Below are positions 21,948-35,843 of a stretch of 64,000 nt of DNA, one piece after another. The notes under the pieces are model-generated. The model did not search any database. It was not told the origin of the DNA and worked only from the letters and a program-made list of their open reading frames with translations. The stretch's first letter is position 1. The number at the start of each line of letters is the position of its first letter. The DNA lies in the NCBI GenBank assembly GCA_002312935.1, contig DCAT01000059.1, forward strand, positions 2,789 to 66,788, read 5' to 3'. This stretch comes from Oceanospirillaceae bacterium UBA1126. GTDB lineage: Bacteria; Pseudomonadota; Gammaproteobacteria; Pseudomonadales; Balneatricaceae. Position numbers and translations under genes: made by a program.

Positions 21948-23336
21948 TTAAAGCGCGCGTAATCCATTGAGTAGGTTGTCGACTTTAACGAAGGTTTCTT
22001 GGTATTCAGAGTCACACTCAGAATCTGCAATTAAGCCACCGCCAGCCCAACAATAAATATGTCCGCCACCATCACCCTTGGCGTTAGTCACCAAAGTACG
22101 AATGCAAATATTAGTATCCATACGCCCATTACTGCTGATGTAACCGATAGAACCGGTAAAACCATTGCGGCGGTGAGGTTCTAATTCTTCAATAATTTCC
22201 ATAGCCCGCAACTTAGGTGCTCCAGTAATTGAGCCACCAGGGAAGGCCCCTTTTAACAAAGGTAAAATTTGTTCGCTAGATTCAAGCTCTCCAGTAACCG
22301 TAGTAACAAGGTGGTGTACGTTGCTGTATGTCTCAATGGCAAATAAACTTGGCACCTTTACAGAAAACGGTAAACAGTGCTTGCTAATGTCATTGCGCAG
22401 CAAGTCAACGATCATTACATTTTCAGAACGATCTTTAGGACTTGCCGCCAATTCTTCAATCAACTGCTGATCTTCCGCGTCTGTTTTGCCTCTTGGCCGG
22501 GTGCCTTTAATTGGTTTAGTTTCTACCTTGCAATTATCTACCTTTAAAAACCGTTCCGGTGACAAGCTTAATAGGGCGCCTTCAGGTGTTTCCATATAGG
22601 CACTAAATGGCGTAGGAGAGACTAGGCGAAGTTGCTTGTAAGCTGCCCACGGGTTGCCCTTATATGGCGCATCAAAACGTTGCGCTAAACAGACCTGATA
22701 GCAGTCTCCAGCATGGATATAATCAATGACTCGGTGGAATTTTTCGGCATATTGTTCACGCGTCATGTTGGAAACAAAATCTCGTTCTAGAACAAACTCT
22801 TTGTCTTGGGTAGGCGTAGCTAGAAGAATGTCTGCTTTTAACGCTTGAGTACTTAATTCATCAAGCTGGCTCACTAGGTAGGTTGATTGTAGCTCATGGT
22901 CGGTAATAATTGCCCAAGGGTAAATGCCAATGCACAGGTCCTCCATTGCTATGTCTGCAGCAGCAGTTGAAGGGATTACCTCTATGGAGCGTCCTAGATC
23001 GAAACCAAAGAGTCCGGCAGCACCTCCAGTAAACGGGATGCCTTGGGCCTGTGGAAGCTTGCTGGTATCTACCAGTAACTGACTTTGCAATTGACCAATT
23101 AGGCTAAAGGGGTCTACGTCCGTTGTTTTAGTGGTGTTATTCTGCTCAACTTTAGTCACGCCGTCTTTGTGGCTAATCACTGCTAACGGCTCAGCCATAG
23201 CGATGTCATAGCGGCCAAAATGACTCGCTGGGCGGCTAGAATCCAGTAACAACGGCATAGACAGATGCCTTATGGTTTCAAAATAATGACAGGCGTTTTC
23301 TACAAAAGGTAGGTTGGCTATATACACATTAAGCAT
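21948..23336 (-). CDS. pabB: Aminodeoxychorismate synthase component I
   Basis: GDCYQV, PTPFSAY, SPERF, KPIKGT, MIVDLLRND, FPGGSITGAPK. Confidence 0.92.
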   Translation of the reverse strand: MLNVYIANLPFVENACHYFETIRHLSMPLLLDSSRPASHFGRYDIAMAEPLAVISHKDGVTKVEQNNTTKTTDVDPFSLIGQLQSQLLVDTSKLPQAQGIPFTGGAAGLFGFDLGRSIEVIPSTAAADIAMEDLCIGIYPWAIITDHELQSTYLVSQLDELSTQALKADILLATPTQDKEFVLERDFVSNMTREQYAEKFHRVIDYIHAGDCYQVCLAQRFDAPYKGNPWAAYKQLRLVSPTPFSAYMETPEGALLSLSPERFLKVDNCKVETKPIKGTRPRGKTDAEDQQLIEELAASPKDRSENVMIVDLLRNDISKHCLPFSVKVPSLFAIETYSNVHHLVTTVTGELESSEQILPLLKGAFPGGSITGAPKLRAMEIIEELEPHRRNGFTGSIGYISSNGRMDTNICIRTLVTNAKGDGGGHIYCWAGGGLIADSECDSEYQETFVKVDNLLNGLRAL

Positions 23337-23453
23337 CTTAAGACTAATAGTAGTTCTATTCTAACTGTCCAAAGGGAGTGGCACTAGGGCTTTACTCTAA
23401 TTAGCAGCATAAATTTAACATTATCAACAACCAAATAACAATTTATATACCAT

Positions 23454-23465
23454 ATTGTCTACAAT
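23454..23465. promoter_or_regulatory. Operator palindrome for the GntR-type PrpR
   Basis: ATTGTCTACAAT, close to the ATTGTCGACAAT motif I recall for GntR-family PrpR; second copy TGTGTAGACAAT at 23527-23538. Confidence 0.65.
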
Positions 23466-23483
23466 ATTAGATTAATGTCTAAT

Positions 23484-23512
23484 TTGACGCCCCTATAGAG
23501 GTAGAATATAAT
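23484..23512 (+). promoter_or_regulatory. Sigma-70 promoter of the prp operon
   Basis: TTGACG-N17-TATAAT between the two operator copies. Confidence 0.75.
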
Positions 23513-23543
23513 AGTTTTACTCTAAATGTGTAGACAATCTATT

Positions 23544-24230
23544 ATGCAGGAAGAAATAACTACCTTAGCCAAACAGGTGTGTGAGCGTATCGTAAAAGAT
23601 ATTATTACTGGCACCATTGCCCAAGGTCAAAAACTTAATGAGCCTGAACTGGCCCGTATTCATGGGATAAGCCGTGGCCCACTGCGGGAAGCCATGAGTA
23701 GGCTTGAATCTATGCGTTTGATTACCCGCACACCTAATGTCGGTGCAAGGGTTGTAAAGCTATCTTACCAAGAGCTGTTAGAGATTTATCAAATACGAGA
23801 ATCGCTAGAGGGCTTGGCCGCCAAGCTGGCGGCTCAGGCCATGTCATCAGCAGAGAAGTCTAACCTTAGATTACTGCTTAATAGCCATCGTAAGCACATC
23901 CTAGACACTCAAGGTCAATCTTATTTTCAACAAGAAGGTGATGTCGACTTTCATTATTGCATTGTTCATGGCAGTAAAAATAAACGCCTTATTGACATGC
24001 TTGCTGGGGATTTGTATCAACTCGTTCGCATGTACAGATACCAATTTAGCGTGTCTAGCAACCGACCTCAACAAGCTTTAAAAGAACACGACCAAATTTG
24101 TAGCGCTATTGAAGAAGGCGACGGAGAGTTAGCCGAGTGGTTGATGAAGCGTCACATTAATAATGCTCGAAAAAACATCATGCAACGCATGCAAACACAA
24201 TCAACTACCCAGGATGGAAATAACCCATGA
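23544..24230 (+). CDS. GntR/FadR-family regulator of the methylcitrate operon
   Basis: GntR HTH ([10 protein letters not shown]...ISRGPLREA) plus FCD domain; leads prpB; start 23544 preferred over 23526 because of the operator position. Confidence 0.88.
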   Translation: MQEEITTLAKQVCERIVKDIITGTIAQGQKLNEPELARIHGISRGPLREAMSRLESMRLITRTPNVGARVVKLSYQELLEIYQIRESLEGLAAKLAAQAMSSAEKSNLRLLLNSHRKHILDTQGQSYFQQEGDVDFHYCIVHGSKNKRLIDMLAGDLYQLVRMYRYQFSVSSNRPQQALKEHDQICSAIEEGDGELAEWLMKRHINNARKNIMQRMQTQSTTQDGNNP

Positions 24231-25123
24231 GCAAGACCGTTAGAATGAGCCAAGGTGCTAAATTCCGTGCAGCAATTAGTAATAATGATCCACTGCAAAT
24301 TGTCGGCACAATTAATGCCTATAGTGCAATGATGGCGGAAAAAGTTGGCCATCAGTCTATTTACCTTTCTGGCGGCGGGGTAGCTAATGCCTCGTATGGT
24401 TTACCTGATCTAGGCATGACTAGCCTTAACGATGTATTAGCAGACGCTAGGCGAATCACCGCAGCTAGCGAACTACCTCTATTAGTGGATATTGATACGG
24501 GTTGGGGTGGGGCTTTTAATATTGCCAGAGCTATTAAAGGCATGGAGTCTGCAGGTGTTGCTGCAGTGCATATTGAAGATCAAGTGGCGCAAAAGCGCTG
24601 TGGCCATCGCCCCAATAAGGAAATTGTATCTACTCAAGAAATGGCAGATCGCATTAAAGCCGCAGTAGATGCCCGTGTTGATGATGATTTTTTTATCATG
24701 GCAAGAACGGACGCTTTCCAAAAGGACGGACTACAAGCCGCTATTGAGCGCTCTCAGGCCTGCATAGAAGCGGGTGCTGATGGTATTTTTGCTGAAGCTG
24801 TGCATGAACTGACTGATTATGAAGCTTTTGCTAAGGCCATATCTGTGCCTTTATTAGCTAACATTACCGAATTTGGTGCCACACCTCTATACAACAAAAC
24901 AGAATTGGCTAGTGTTGGTGTAGATATGGTGCTTTACCCACTGAGTGCATTTAGAGCGATGAACAAAGCGGCGCTTAATGTCTACGAACACTTATTAGTT
25001 GATGGTGATCAAAAGGCAGTCATCGATACTATGCAAACCCGTATGGAACTATATGATTTTTTAGATTATCACTCGTTTGAAAAAAAGTTAGACGAATTAT
25101 TCGCAGCTGGTAAAAACCTGTAA
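24227..25123 (+). CDS. prpB: Methylisocitrate lyase
   Basis: KRCGHRPNK motif, [15 protein letters not shown]. Confidence 0.96.
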   Translation: MSKTVRMSQGAKFRAAISNNDPLQIVGTINAYSAMMAEKVGHQSIYLSGGGVANASYGLPDLGMTSLNDVLADARRITAASELPLLVDIDTGWGGAFNIARAIKGMESAGVAAVHIEDQVAQKRCGHRPNKEIVSTQEMADRIKAAVDARVDDDFFIMARTDAFQKDGLQAAIERSQACIEAGADGIFAEAVHELTDYEAFAKAISVPLLANITEFGATPLYNKTELASVGVDMVLYPLSAFRAMNKAALNVYEHLLVDGDQKAVIDTMQTRMELYDFLDYHSFEKKLDELFAAGKNL

Positions 25124-25147
25124 CTACACCCTTAAAGGAACAATACA

Positions 25148-26275
25148 ATGAGCACTAAACCTATATCTGGAGCCGGCCTAAGGGGTCAATCAGCTGGATC
25201 TACCGCATTATGTACTGTTGGCTTAACCGGGACAGGCTTAACGTATCGTGGTTATGACATTAGCGAACTGGCTGAAAAGGCTAGCTTTGAAGAAGTCGCC
25301 CACATGCTGCTAAAAGGTCATTTACCAAATCAAGCAGAGCTTGAAGCTTATACCAAAAAGTTACGGGGTATGCGCCAGTTACCTAAAGCCTTAAAAACTG
25401 TACTGGAGCAAATTCCTGCTGATGCGCACCCAATGGATGTGATGCGCACTGGTTGTTCTATGCTAGGTAATTTAGAAACTGAAATCGACTTTTCCATGGA
25501 ACAAGAGGTTACAGACCGCTTGCTAGCTCTATTTCCTGCCATCATTTGTTATTGGTATCGGTTTAGCCATGATGGTGTGCGTATTGAAACTGAAACTGAT
25601 GATCACTCTATTGGTTCTTACTTCTTACATTTGTTACATGACAAGAAGCCCAGTGAATTGCACGCTAAGGTGATGAACGTATCTCTCATTTTATATGCCG
25701 AGCACGAATTCAACGCGTCCACGTTTACTGCAAGGGTCTGTGCGTCAACCCTTTCAGACATGCATTCATGTGTTACCGGAGCAATTGGTAGCTTAAGGGG
25801 CCCTTTACATGGTGGTGCAAACGAAGCGGCAATGGACATGATTGAAAGCTGGTCAACACCAGATGAAGCAGAATCTGCCATTATGGGTATGCTGGCCCGT
25901 AAAGACAAAATCATGGGGTTTGGCCATGCTATTTATCGTGAGTCAGACCCACGTAACGTGATCATTAAAGGCTGGTCAGAAAAGCTTGCAGACTCTATTG
26001 GTGACACTCATTTATACCCAGTGTCTGTGCGTTGTGAAGAAGTCATGTGGCGAGAAAAGAAGTTGTTCTGTAATGCTGATTTCTTCCATGCATCGACCTA
26101 TAATTTTATGGGTATTCCAACCAAATTATTTACGCCAATTTTTGTCATGTCGCGGCTTACCGGCTGGGCAGCTCATGTCATGGAGCAACGTACTAACAAT
26201 CGGATTATTCGCCCAAGTGCAGACTACACAGGCCCTGAAACTGCCCAATGGGTCGACATATCTAACCGAGGTTAA
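25148..26275 (+). CDS. prpC: 2-methylcitrate synthase
   Basis: YAEHEFNAST, GPLHGGANE, GFGHAIY, NADF. Confidence 0.95.
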   Translation: MSTKPISGAGLRGQSAGSTALCTVGLTGTGLTYRGYDISELAEKASFEEVAHMLLKGHLPNQAELEAYTKKLRGMRQLPKALKTVLEQIPADAHPMDVMRTGCSMLGNLETEIDFSMEQEVTDRLLALFPAIICYWYRFSHDGVRIETETDDHSIGSYFLHLLHDKKPSELHAKVMNVSLILYAEHEFNASTFTARVCASTLSDMHSCVTGAIGSLRGPLHGGANEAAMDMIESWSTPDEAESAIMGMLARKDKIMGFGHAIYRESDPRNVIIKGWSEKLADSIGDTHLYPVSVRCEEVMWREKKLFCNADFFHASTYNFMGIPTKLFTPIFVMSRLTGWAAHVMEQRTNNRIIRPSADYTGPETAQWVDISNRG

Positions 26276-26280
26276 TAACG

Positions 26281-28887
26281 ATGAACACCAACTACCGCAA
26301 AGCCTTGGTTGATACTGGGTTAGATTATTTTGATATTCCATCGGCTATTAATGACATTAGTGCGGGTGCCTACGCCAAACTACCTTATACCTCCAAGATA
26401 TTAGCGGAACAGTTGGTACGACGCTGCGACCCTTTTACGTTAACGGCTTCTCTTGAGCAATTAATTGAGCGAAAACAAGATCTAGACTTTCCTTGGTACC
26501 CAGCACGTGTAGTATGCCATGACATTTTGGGCCAAACCGCTTTGGTAGACTTAGCCGGATTAAGGGATGCTATTGCAGAGCAAGGCGGCGATCCTTCAAA
26601 AGTGAACCCAGTAGTCCCTACGCAACTGATTATTGACCACTCATTGGCTGTAGAGCATGCCGGTTTTGACGCTGACGCGTTTGAAAAAAACCGTGCCATT
26701 GAAGACCGTCGCAACGATGACCGCTTCCATTTTATTGAATGGACTAAAACGGCGTTTAAAAACGTTGATGTGATCCCTGCTGGCAACGGCATTATGCATC
26801 AGATTAATTTGGAAAAAATGTCTCCCGTGATTCAGAACCGAGATGGACTAGCATACCCAGACACCTGTATTGGTACTGACAGCCATACACCACACATTGA
26901 TGCCTTAGGTGTGATCGCTGTTGGAGTAGGTGGGTTAGAAGCAGAAAACGTGATGCTAGGCCGTGCCTCTATGATGAGGTTGCCAAATATTATCGGTGTA
27001 GAGCTGAGCGGCAAACGGCAACCAGGTATTACCGCCACAGACATGGTTTTGGCGCTCACTGAATTTTTGCGTGCCCAAAAAGTAGTGTCGTCATATCTTG
27101 AGTTCTTTGGAGAAGGTGCTAATGGTTTAACCATTGGTGACCGAGCTACCATTTCCAATATGACTCCCGAATACGGAGCCTCTGCGGCGCTATTTTATAT
27201 CGACCAGCAAACTATTGATTACCTTAATATAACCGGACGCGAACCAGAGCAAGTGGCTTTGGTTGAAACCTATGCCAAAACCAACGGTTTATGGGCAGGT
27301 GATATGGTTAACGCCCAGTATGAACGAGTATTAACCTTCGACTTGTCTAGCGTTGGCCGGACTATGGCTGGGCCATCAAGCCCACACTTGCGTTTACCGA
27401 CCTCGGCCTTGGCTGAACGAGGCATTGCCAAAGCCTATGACAATTCGGACGTTGATGGGTTAATGCCTGATGGTGCAGTAATTATCGCCGCTATTACTAG
27501 CTGTACTAATACCAGTAACCCACGCAATGTGATCGCCGCGGGTTTATTAGCCCGAAATGCTAACCGCTTAGGTTTAAAGCGTAAGCCTTGGGTTAAGTCC
27601 TCCTTTGCTCCTGGCTCTAAAGTAGCCAAACTCTATTTAGAAGAAGCAGGGTTGTTAACCGAAATGGAACAACTTGGTTTTGGTATTGTGGGTTATGCTT
27701 GTACCACTTGCAACGGCATGAGTGGTGCTTTAGACCCACAAATTCAGCGAGAGGTAATGGATCGTGATTTATATACTACAGCCGTATTATCGGGCAACCG
27801 TAACTTTGATGGCCGAATTCATCCCTATGCCAAACAAGCCTTCTTAGCTTCACCGCCATTGGTAGCTGCCTACGCCATTGCTGGCTCCATGCGTTTTGAT
27901 ATAGAACAAGATGTGTTAGGACAAGACCAAAAAGGTAATGACATTTTGCTTAAAGATATTTGGCCTGAAGATGACGAAATAGACGCTATCGTCGCTAAAT
28001 GTGTTAAACCGGAGCAGTTTAAACAGATTTATATTCCAATGTTTGATCTAGGTAGGATAGAAGAGGCGGCAAGCCCTTTATATGATTGGCGCCCTAATAC
28101 TACCTATATACGTAGGCCTCCTTATTGGGAAGGTGCTTTGGCAGGTGAACGCACCTTAAAAGGCATGCGCCCCTTAGCCATACTAGGTGACAATATAACC
28201 ACAGACCACTTATCACCTTCAAACGCTATTCTTGCCAACAGCGCGGCAGGGGAGTATTTGACCAAAATGGGGCTGCCAGAGGAAGACTACAACTCGTATG
28301 CTACCCATAGAGGCGACCATTTAACCGCACAAAGAGCCACTTTTGCTAACCCTAAGCTCCTGAACGAAATGTGTCTAGATGACCAGGGCAATATACAGCA
28401 AGGATCACTTGCCAGACTAGAACCCGAAGGCCAGACGCTGCGTATGTGGGAAACCATTGAAACTTATATGGACCGTGCTCAGCCATTAATTATTGTTGCT
28501 GGTGCAGATTACGGACAAGGTTCATCCAGAGATTGGGCAGCTAAAGGCGTGCGCTTAGCCGGTGTAGAAGTAATAGTAGCCGAAGGGTTTGAACGTATAC
28601 ATCGTACCAACCTTGTGGGTATGGGTATTTTACCTCTACAATTTAAAGCGTTAGAAAACCGAAAAAGCCACAGGCTAGATGGAACAGAAACCTTTGATGT
28701 GATCGGTAATCCTAGCCCTGGTTGTGACCTAACTTTGGTGGTTAATCGTGTGGACGGTAGCTTTGATAGCATTACCGTTACCTGTCGCTTAGACACAGCA
28801 GAAGAAACTTTAGTTTATTCTGCGGGTGGTATCTTGCAACGCTTCGCCCAAGATTTTCTTGAATCAACAAGTGCTACTAGGACTTAA
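26281..28887 (+). CDS. acnD: Fe/S-dependent 2-methylisocitrate dehydratase AcnD
   Basis: Aconitase fold, ARVVCHDILGQT, CTTCNGMSG; located between prpC and prpF. Confidence 0.95.
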   Translation: MNTNYRKALVDTGLDYFDIPSAINDISAGAYAKLPYTSKILAEQLVRRCDPFTLTASLEQLIERKQDLDFPWYPARVVCHDILGQTALVDLAGLRDAIAEQGGDPSKVNPVVPTQLIIDHSLAVEHAGFDADAFEKNRAIEDRRNDDRFHFIEWTKTAFKNVDVIPAGNGIMHQINLEKMSPVIQNRDGLAYPDTCIGTDSHTPHIDALGVIAVGVGGLEAENVMLGRASMMRLPNIIGVELSGKRQPGITATDMVLALTEFLRAQKVVSSYLEFFGEGANGLTIGDRATISNMTPEYGASAALFYIDQQTIDYLNITGREPEQVALVETYAKTNGLWAGDMVNAQYERVLTFDLSSVGRTMAGPSSPHLRLPTSALAERGIAKAYDNSDVDGLMPDGAVIIAAITSCTNTSNPRNVIAAGLLARNANRLGLKRKPWVKSSFAPGSKVAKLYLEEAGLLTEMEQLGFGIVGYACTTCNGMSGALDPQIQREVMDRDLYTTAVLSGNRNFDGRIHPYAKQAFLASPPLVAAYAIAGSMRFDIEQDVLGQDQKGNDILLKDIWPEDDEIDAIVAKCVKPEQFKQIYIPMFDLGRIEEAASPLYDWRPNTTYIRRPPYWEGALAGERTLKGMRPLAILGDNITTDHLSPSNAILANSAAGEYLTKMGLPEEDYNSYATHRGDHLTAQRATFANPKLLNEMCLDDQGNIQQGSLARLEPEGQTLRMWETIETYMDRAQPLIIVAGADYGQGSSRDWAAKGVRLAGVEVIVAEGFERIHRTNLVGMGILPLQFKALENRKSHRLDGTETFDVIGNPSPGCDLTLVVNRVDGSFDSITVTCRLDTAEETLVYSAGGILQRFAQDFLESTSATRT

Positions 28888-28888
28888 C

Positions 28889-30070
28889 ATGAGCTTTAAA
28901 CAGCAAATAAAAATCCCAGCCACGTATATGCGTGGTGGTACCAGCAAAGGCGTATTTTTTAACCTTTTGGATTTACCTGCTACAGCGCAAGTGCCTGGAC
29001 CAGCAAGGGATGCCTTACTGATGCGAGTGATTGGTAGCCCAGATATATACGGCAAACAGATAGACGGCATGGGTGGAGCAACATCAAGCACCAGTAAAAC
29101 GGTCATTTTAAGCCCATGCACCCAGCCAGATCACGATGTCGACTACCTGTTTGGGCAAGTGTCTATTGATAAGGCTTTTGTAGACTGGAGCGGCAACTGC
29201 GGTAACCTGTCATCTGCAGTAGGGGCTTTTGCGATTAGTTCTGGTTTGGTCGACCCTAGCCGTATCCCTAACGATGGTATGGCTATCGTTAGAATATGGC
29301 AAGCCAATATTAACAAAACCATCGTTGCTCATATCCCTATGGTTAACGGACAAGTACAAGAAACGGGCGACTTCCAATTAGACGGTGTAACCTTTGCGGC
29401 CGCTGAGATTAAGCTAGAGTTTATCAATCCCTCCGCCGCAGACGCTGATATGTTTCCTACGGGCAACTTGGTAGATCAATTAGAAGTTCCCTTTGTTGGC
29501 GGCATAAGCACTTTGGATGTGACTATGATTAATGCCGGTATCCCAACCATGTTCTTAAGGGCGCAAGATTTAGGGTATACAGGCACGGAACTACAAACTG
29601 ACATTAATACTGATCAAGCGGCATTATCCAAGCTAGAGACCATACGTGCTTATGGTGGCGTACGCATGGGTTTGTTTAAGCACATAGATGATGCCAAGAC
29701 TCGTCAACATACACCAAAAATAGCCTTTGTAGCCCCTGCAAAAAGCTATACCTCATCAAGTGGTAGCATGGTCAGTGCTGACAAGGTTGATTTGTTGGTG
29801 AGGGCCATGTCTATGGGCCAGTTACACCATGCCATGATGGGCACCGCTGCGGTGGCTATTGGTACGGCTGCCGCCATACCTAATACCTTAGTCAATATTG
29901 CCACAGGTGGAAACAGGTTGACGCAAGTTACGTTTGGCCACCCATCAGGCACCTTAACTGTAGGCGCTGAGGCTCATCAAGATAATGGAAAGTGGCAGGC
30001 AACCAAGGTAACCATGAGCCGCAGTGCGCGGGTTTTGATGGAAGGTTGGGTTAGGGTGCCTGATGCCTGA
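28889..30070 (+). CDS. prpF: 2-methylaconitate cis-trans isomerase PrpF
   Basis: MRGGTSKG, GGATSSTSK, GNCGN, SMGQLHHAMMGT. Confidence 0.95.
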   Translation: MSFKQQIKIPATYMRGGTSKGVFFNLLDLPATAQVPGPARDALLMRVIGSPDIYGKQIDGMGGATSSTSKTVILSPCTQPDHDVDYLFGQVSIDKAFVDWSGNCGNLSSAVGAFAISSGLVDPSRIPNDGMAIVRIWQANINKTIVAHIPMVNGQVQETGDFQLDGVTFAAAEIKLEFINPSAADADMFPTGNLVDQLEVPFVGGISTLDVTMINAGIPTMFLRAQDLGYTGTELQTDINTDQAALSKLETIRAYGGVRMGLFKHIDDAKTRQHTPKIAFVAPAKSYTSSSGSMVSADKVDLLVRAMSMGQLHHAMMGTAAVAIGTAAAIPNTLVNIATGGNRLTQVTFGHPSGTLTVGAEAHQDNGKWQATKVTMSRSARVLMEGWVRVPDA

Positions 30071-30893
30071 GTTTCATGTTGATGTAACTGACTCATCAAT
30101 ACCTGCTGCTGAATTACTCAAACAGCACAGCGAATTATCTAAACAACAAATAAAACAGGCCATGAAAAAGGGCGCCGTTTGGGTAAGTGAATCTGACACC
30201 GGCCACAAGCGACTTAGGCGAGCAGATAAAATTCTTAACGCTGGCCAACAGCTTCACCTGTATTACGATACAGGCGTTTTAGGCTTACAAGTAGACGCCG
30301 CCGTTTTGATCGCCGACGAAGGCGATTACAGTGTTTGGTATAAACCTTACGGCATGTTGAGTCAGGGTTCAAAGTGGGGGGATCATTGCACTATTAACCG
30401 CTGGGTAGAACAACACCATCAACCTCAGAGGCCTGCGTTCATCGTTAATCGTTTAGATCGGGCAGCACAGGGGTTGATGTTAATTGCCCATACAAAAGCT
30501 GCAGCTGCAGCTTTTAGTGGCTTATTCGCCAAACGGACCATTAACAAGCAATACACCGCATTAGTTCTAGGTTTGTTCCCTAATCAGATCAAACTAGACG
30601 AACCTATTGACGAAAAAAATGCCATAAGTCACGCTAGCTTGCTGACTTACAGCCCTATAACTAAGAAATCCTTAGTTTTAATACAAATTGAAACAGGCCG
30701 TAAGCACCAAATACGTAAACATTTGAGTGGCGCGGGTTTCCCGATCATTGGAGATCGCTTGTATGGCCCAGAGGTAGATGATACGACCATCAATTTATGC
30801 CTTGTTTCTACATATTTAGCCTTTAATTGCCCCATCACTGGCCTTGATAAAAGTTATCGCCTTAAGGATGATTACTTGCCTCAAGTTGGTTAG
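30063..30893 (+). CDS. RluA-family RNA pseudouridine synthase
   Basis: [13 protein letters not shown] catalytic Asp motif, [14 protein letters not shown]. Confidence 0.88.
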   Translation: MPEFHVDVTDSSIPAAELLKQHSELSKQQIKQAMKKGAVWVSESDTGHKRLRRADKILNAGQQLHLYYDTGVLGLQVDAAVLIADEGDYSVWYKPYGMLSQGSKWGDHCTINRWVEQHHQPQRPAFIVNRLDRAAQGLMLIAHTKAAAAAFSGLFAKRTINKQYTALVLGLFPNQIKLDEPIDEKNAISHASLLTYSPITKKSLVLIQIETGRKHQIRKHLSGAGFPIIGDRLYGPEVDDTTINLCLVSTYLAFNCPITGLDKSYRLKDDYLPQVG

Positions 30894-30928
30894 ACTTACT
30901 GTATAGATTAGTCTCAGGATTATTTTTT

Positions 30929-31420
30929 ATGCACGATTTATTACCCGAATTATGCGACCAGTTTGAAGACCTAGTGCAGGTTGTAGAACCCATGTTTAAG
31001 AGTTTTGGGGCTAAAGAGCGCTTTTGTGGTGAAATAGTCACCCTTCAATGCTTTGAAGATAACTCTAAAGTTCGTGAACTTGCAGGCCAAGACGGTACAG
31101 GAAAGGTTTTGGTAGTCGATGGAGGTGGCTCACTAGCACGTGCTTTGCTTGGCGATATATTGGCCAAAAAAGCTGCAGCCAACGGATGGGAAGGTATGGT
31201 GATCTATGGCTGTATTCGAGACGTAAATGCCATCGCAACCATTAACTTAGGTGTTCAAGCCTTGGCTGCACACCCTATGAAGACTGAAAAGCGTGGCTTA
31301 GGAGACATAAACAAAGACGTTCACTTTGGTGGGGTTACCTTTGTCCCTGGGCATTACATTTATGCCGATAATAATGGCGTTTTGGTTGCACCACACCCCT
31401 TATTACTTGATGGTTTATAG
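30929..31420 (+). CDS. RraA family protein (RNase E regulator / HMG aldolase-like)
   Basis: PELCD, CFEDNS, VVDGGGS..ALLGD, GCIRD, YAD.NGV. Confidence 0.88.
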   Translation: MHDLLPELCDQFEDLVQVVEPMFKSFGAKERFCGEIVTLQCFEDNSKVRELAGQDGTGKVLVVDGGGSLARALLGDILAKKAAANGWEGMVIYGCIRDVNAIATINLGVQALAAHPMKTEKRGLGDINKDVHFGGVTFVPGHYIYADNNGVLVAPHPLLLDGL

Positions 31421-31434
31421 GGCACCAACACAAA

Positions 31435-32603
31435 CTACTCATCGGCGAAGTAGAGGTACCCTTGGTTGTGCAGGATAAGTAACATAGCCTTTGCTGCGTC
31501 CTTTTTAACCAAAGGATCTAGTTCATCCACTGCTATCAACCACTGATTAGCGATAGCTTCAACAAAAGCAGTGGCATCTGGAGGACAGGGTAAAGCGTCA
31601 CCTTGCACAAATAGAGTCAAACCGCCGTCACCTTGCCAGGTATAAGCTAAACGCACGCCTTCAGACACCCTTAGCACGCCGTAAGCATCATTAATAATGC
31701 TGTCTAGTTCTGCTAAGTCCATAGCTTCTTCTGCCATGTCTAAACCAGGGTGCTTGGCCTCTGTGCTGTGTTTGCCAAACCATTGAGCCACATTTTCTGG
31801 AGTAATTTGGTCTCGCATTAACTGCATCAAACCCTCAACATCTGCCGCACTTATTTCGCCACTGTTAGCCGCAAACCCATGGTCTTTAATGCGCAGGTCG
31901 GCACTAATGTCCATACTACGTTCATCTGCAAAGGTGGTGAGCACGTCGCCATGTGAAGGAGAACGAAAGCCTACAGAGTAAGTAACGCAAACATCAGACA
32001 TCGCTACGCCTTTATGAGCCAACAATGGTGGGATATAGAGCATATCGCCTGGGTTAAGAATAAACTCTTCACTCAATTCAAAGTCTGCTAACAAACTTAG
32101 ATGATCGTGGGCCATTAAGGCTGAATTTTCGTTACAGGTTTGGCCAATTTGCCATTGACGTTGGCCCTCACCTTGAATCAAAAATACATCATAACGATCG
32201 TAGTGTGCGCCAACGCCGGCACCTTTAGTGGCGTAGCTGATCATCAGGTCATCTACACGCCAGCTGGGTAAAAAGCGAAACTTAGCTAAGAAGTCATGCA
32301 CTTCTGGCACAAAACAATCCACGCCCTGAACCAATAGAGTCCAGGGAAAGTCTCGTTCTTTATTAAAGTCATCTTCGGTTAATGGGCCATGAATTACTTG
32401 CCAATCTTTTAGGTCACCTCTGTTTTCAATTAAACGTGACTCTACCTCAGGCTCCAGTGCTAAACCTGCTAACTCGTCGACAGCAATGAGCGCTTCCTGA
32501 AAGGCAATACCCTTACGAATACACACTGGCTTTTGCTGCCAGTAGTCAGCAAGGAACTCTCCTACTGTTAACTCACCCAAATGGGTCAAGGGCGCCATTG
32601 TCA

Positions 32604-32604
<1 letters not shown>
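31435..32604 (-). CDS. roxA: JmjC/cupin protein, ribosomal oxygenase RoxA/YcfD family
   Basis: YWQQKP, WRVDDLMISYA, HYDRYDVFLIQG.G.R.W, PGDMLYIPP; downstream of purB. Confidence 0.85.
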
Positions 32605-34640
<2,036 letters not shown>

Positions 34641-34648
<8 letters not shown>

Positions 34649-35738
34649 TGACTGCTCCTCCAAGGCATACATCACCCTCATAAAACACAATAGATTGACC
34701 CGGTGTGACGGCCCTTTGTGGCTCTAAAAATGCCACACTTAACGTTCCATTAGACAAGGACGTTAACGTGCATGCTTGATCTGCTTGGCGATAGCGTATT
34801 TTAGCCATCAATGTAACACCCATGTCTTGGCTTAAATTTGGACCTTTGCCGTCTACCCACATCAATTGTTGGCAGGTGAGAGAGGGTTTAAATAACCGCG
34901 GGTGATTTTTGCCTTGGGTGACGATCAAACGGTTACGGTTTAAATCTTTGTCAACCACGTACCATGCAGATTCATTATAATTAGCTAAACCTCCAATCCC
35001 TAGGCCCTGGCGCTGACCAATGGTGTGATACATCAAGCCTTGATGGTCACCAATCACGTCTCCGTCTACAGTTTCAATTTTGCCAGGTTGAGCAGGTAAA
35101 TACTGTTTTAAGAAGTCTTTAAATCTGCGCTCTCCAATAAAGCAAATACCTGTGCTATCTTTTTTAGCATGATTAGCCAAACCATGGGCTTCGGCAATGC
35201 TTCGCACCGCTGGTTTTTCCATGGCACCGATGGGGAACAACGTTTGACTTACCTCTAGAGCACCGACAGCGTGCAAAAAGTAGCTCTGATCTTTATTGCT
35301 ATCTAATCCCTTAATCAACTGACATTCAAGGCCTTCGCCTTGACGCTGCACGTAATGCCCCGTGGCTATATAATCTGCGCCAAGAGTTTTAGCATAATCT
35401 AAAAAGGCCTTAAATTTAATCTCACGGTTACATAGAACATCTGGATTTGGCGTACGGCCAGCTTTGTATTCTGCTAAAAAGTGTTCAAATACGTTGTCCC
35501 AATATTCTGAGGCAAAGTTTGCCGCGTGCAAGGGAATGCCTAATTTATCACAAACTCCTTGAGCATCTTCGAGGTCCTGTTTAGCTGTGCAGTATTCTGT
35601 GCCATCATCTTCATCCCAATTCTTCATGAACAGGCCTTCAACGTGGTACCCTTGCTGGATAAGAAGCAAAGCAGAAACGGACGAGTCAACACCGCCGGAC
35701 ATACCGACAATAACGCGTGTAGAAGTGGTTTCACTCAT
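34641..35738 (-). CDS. mnmA: tRNA 2-thiouridine(34) synthase MnmA
   Basis: [39 protein letters not shown]. Confidence 0.97.
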
Positions 35739-35843
35739 AGATTTAATTCAAGCGATAAACAGAATAAATAATAAGCATCAATTTTAACCGAACCAAGCCC
35801 TCACGCCTAGGCTTATAGAAAGATTCCAAGGATTTTTAACTGC

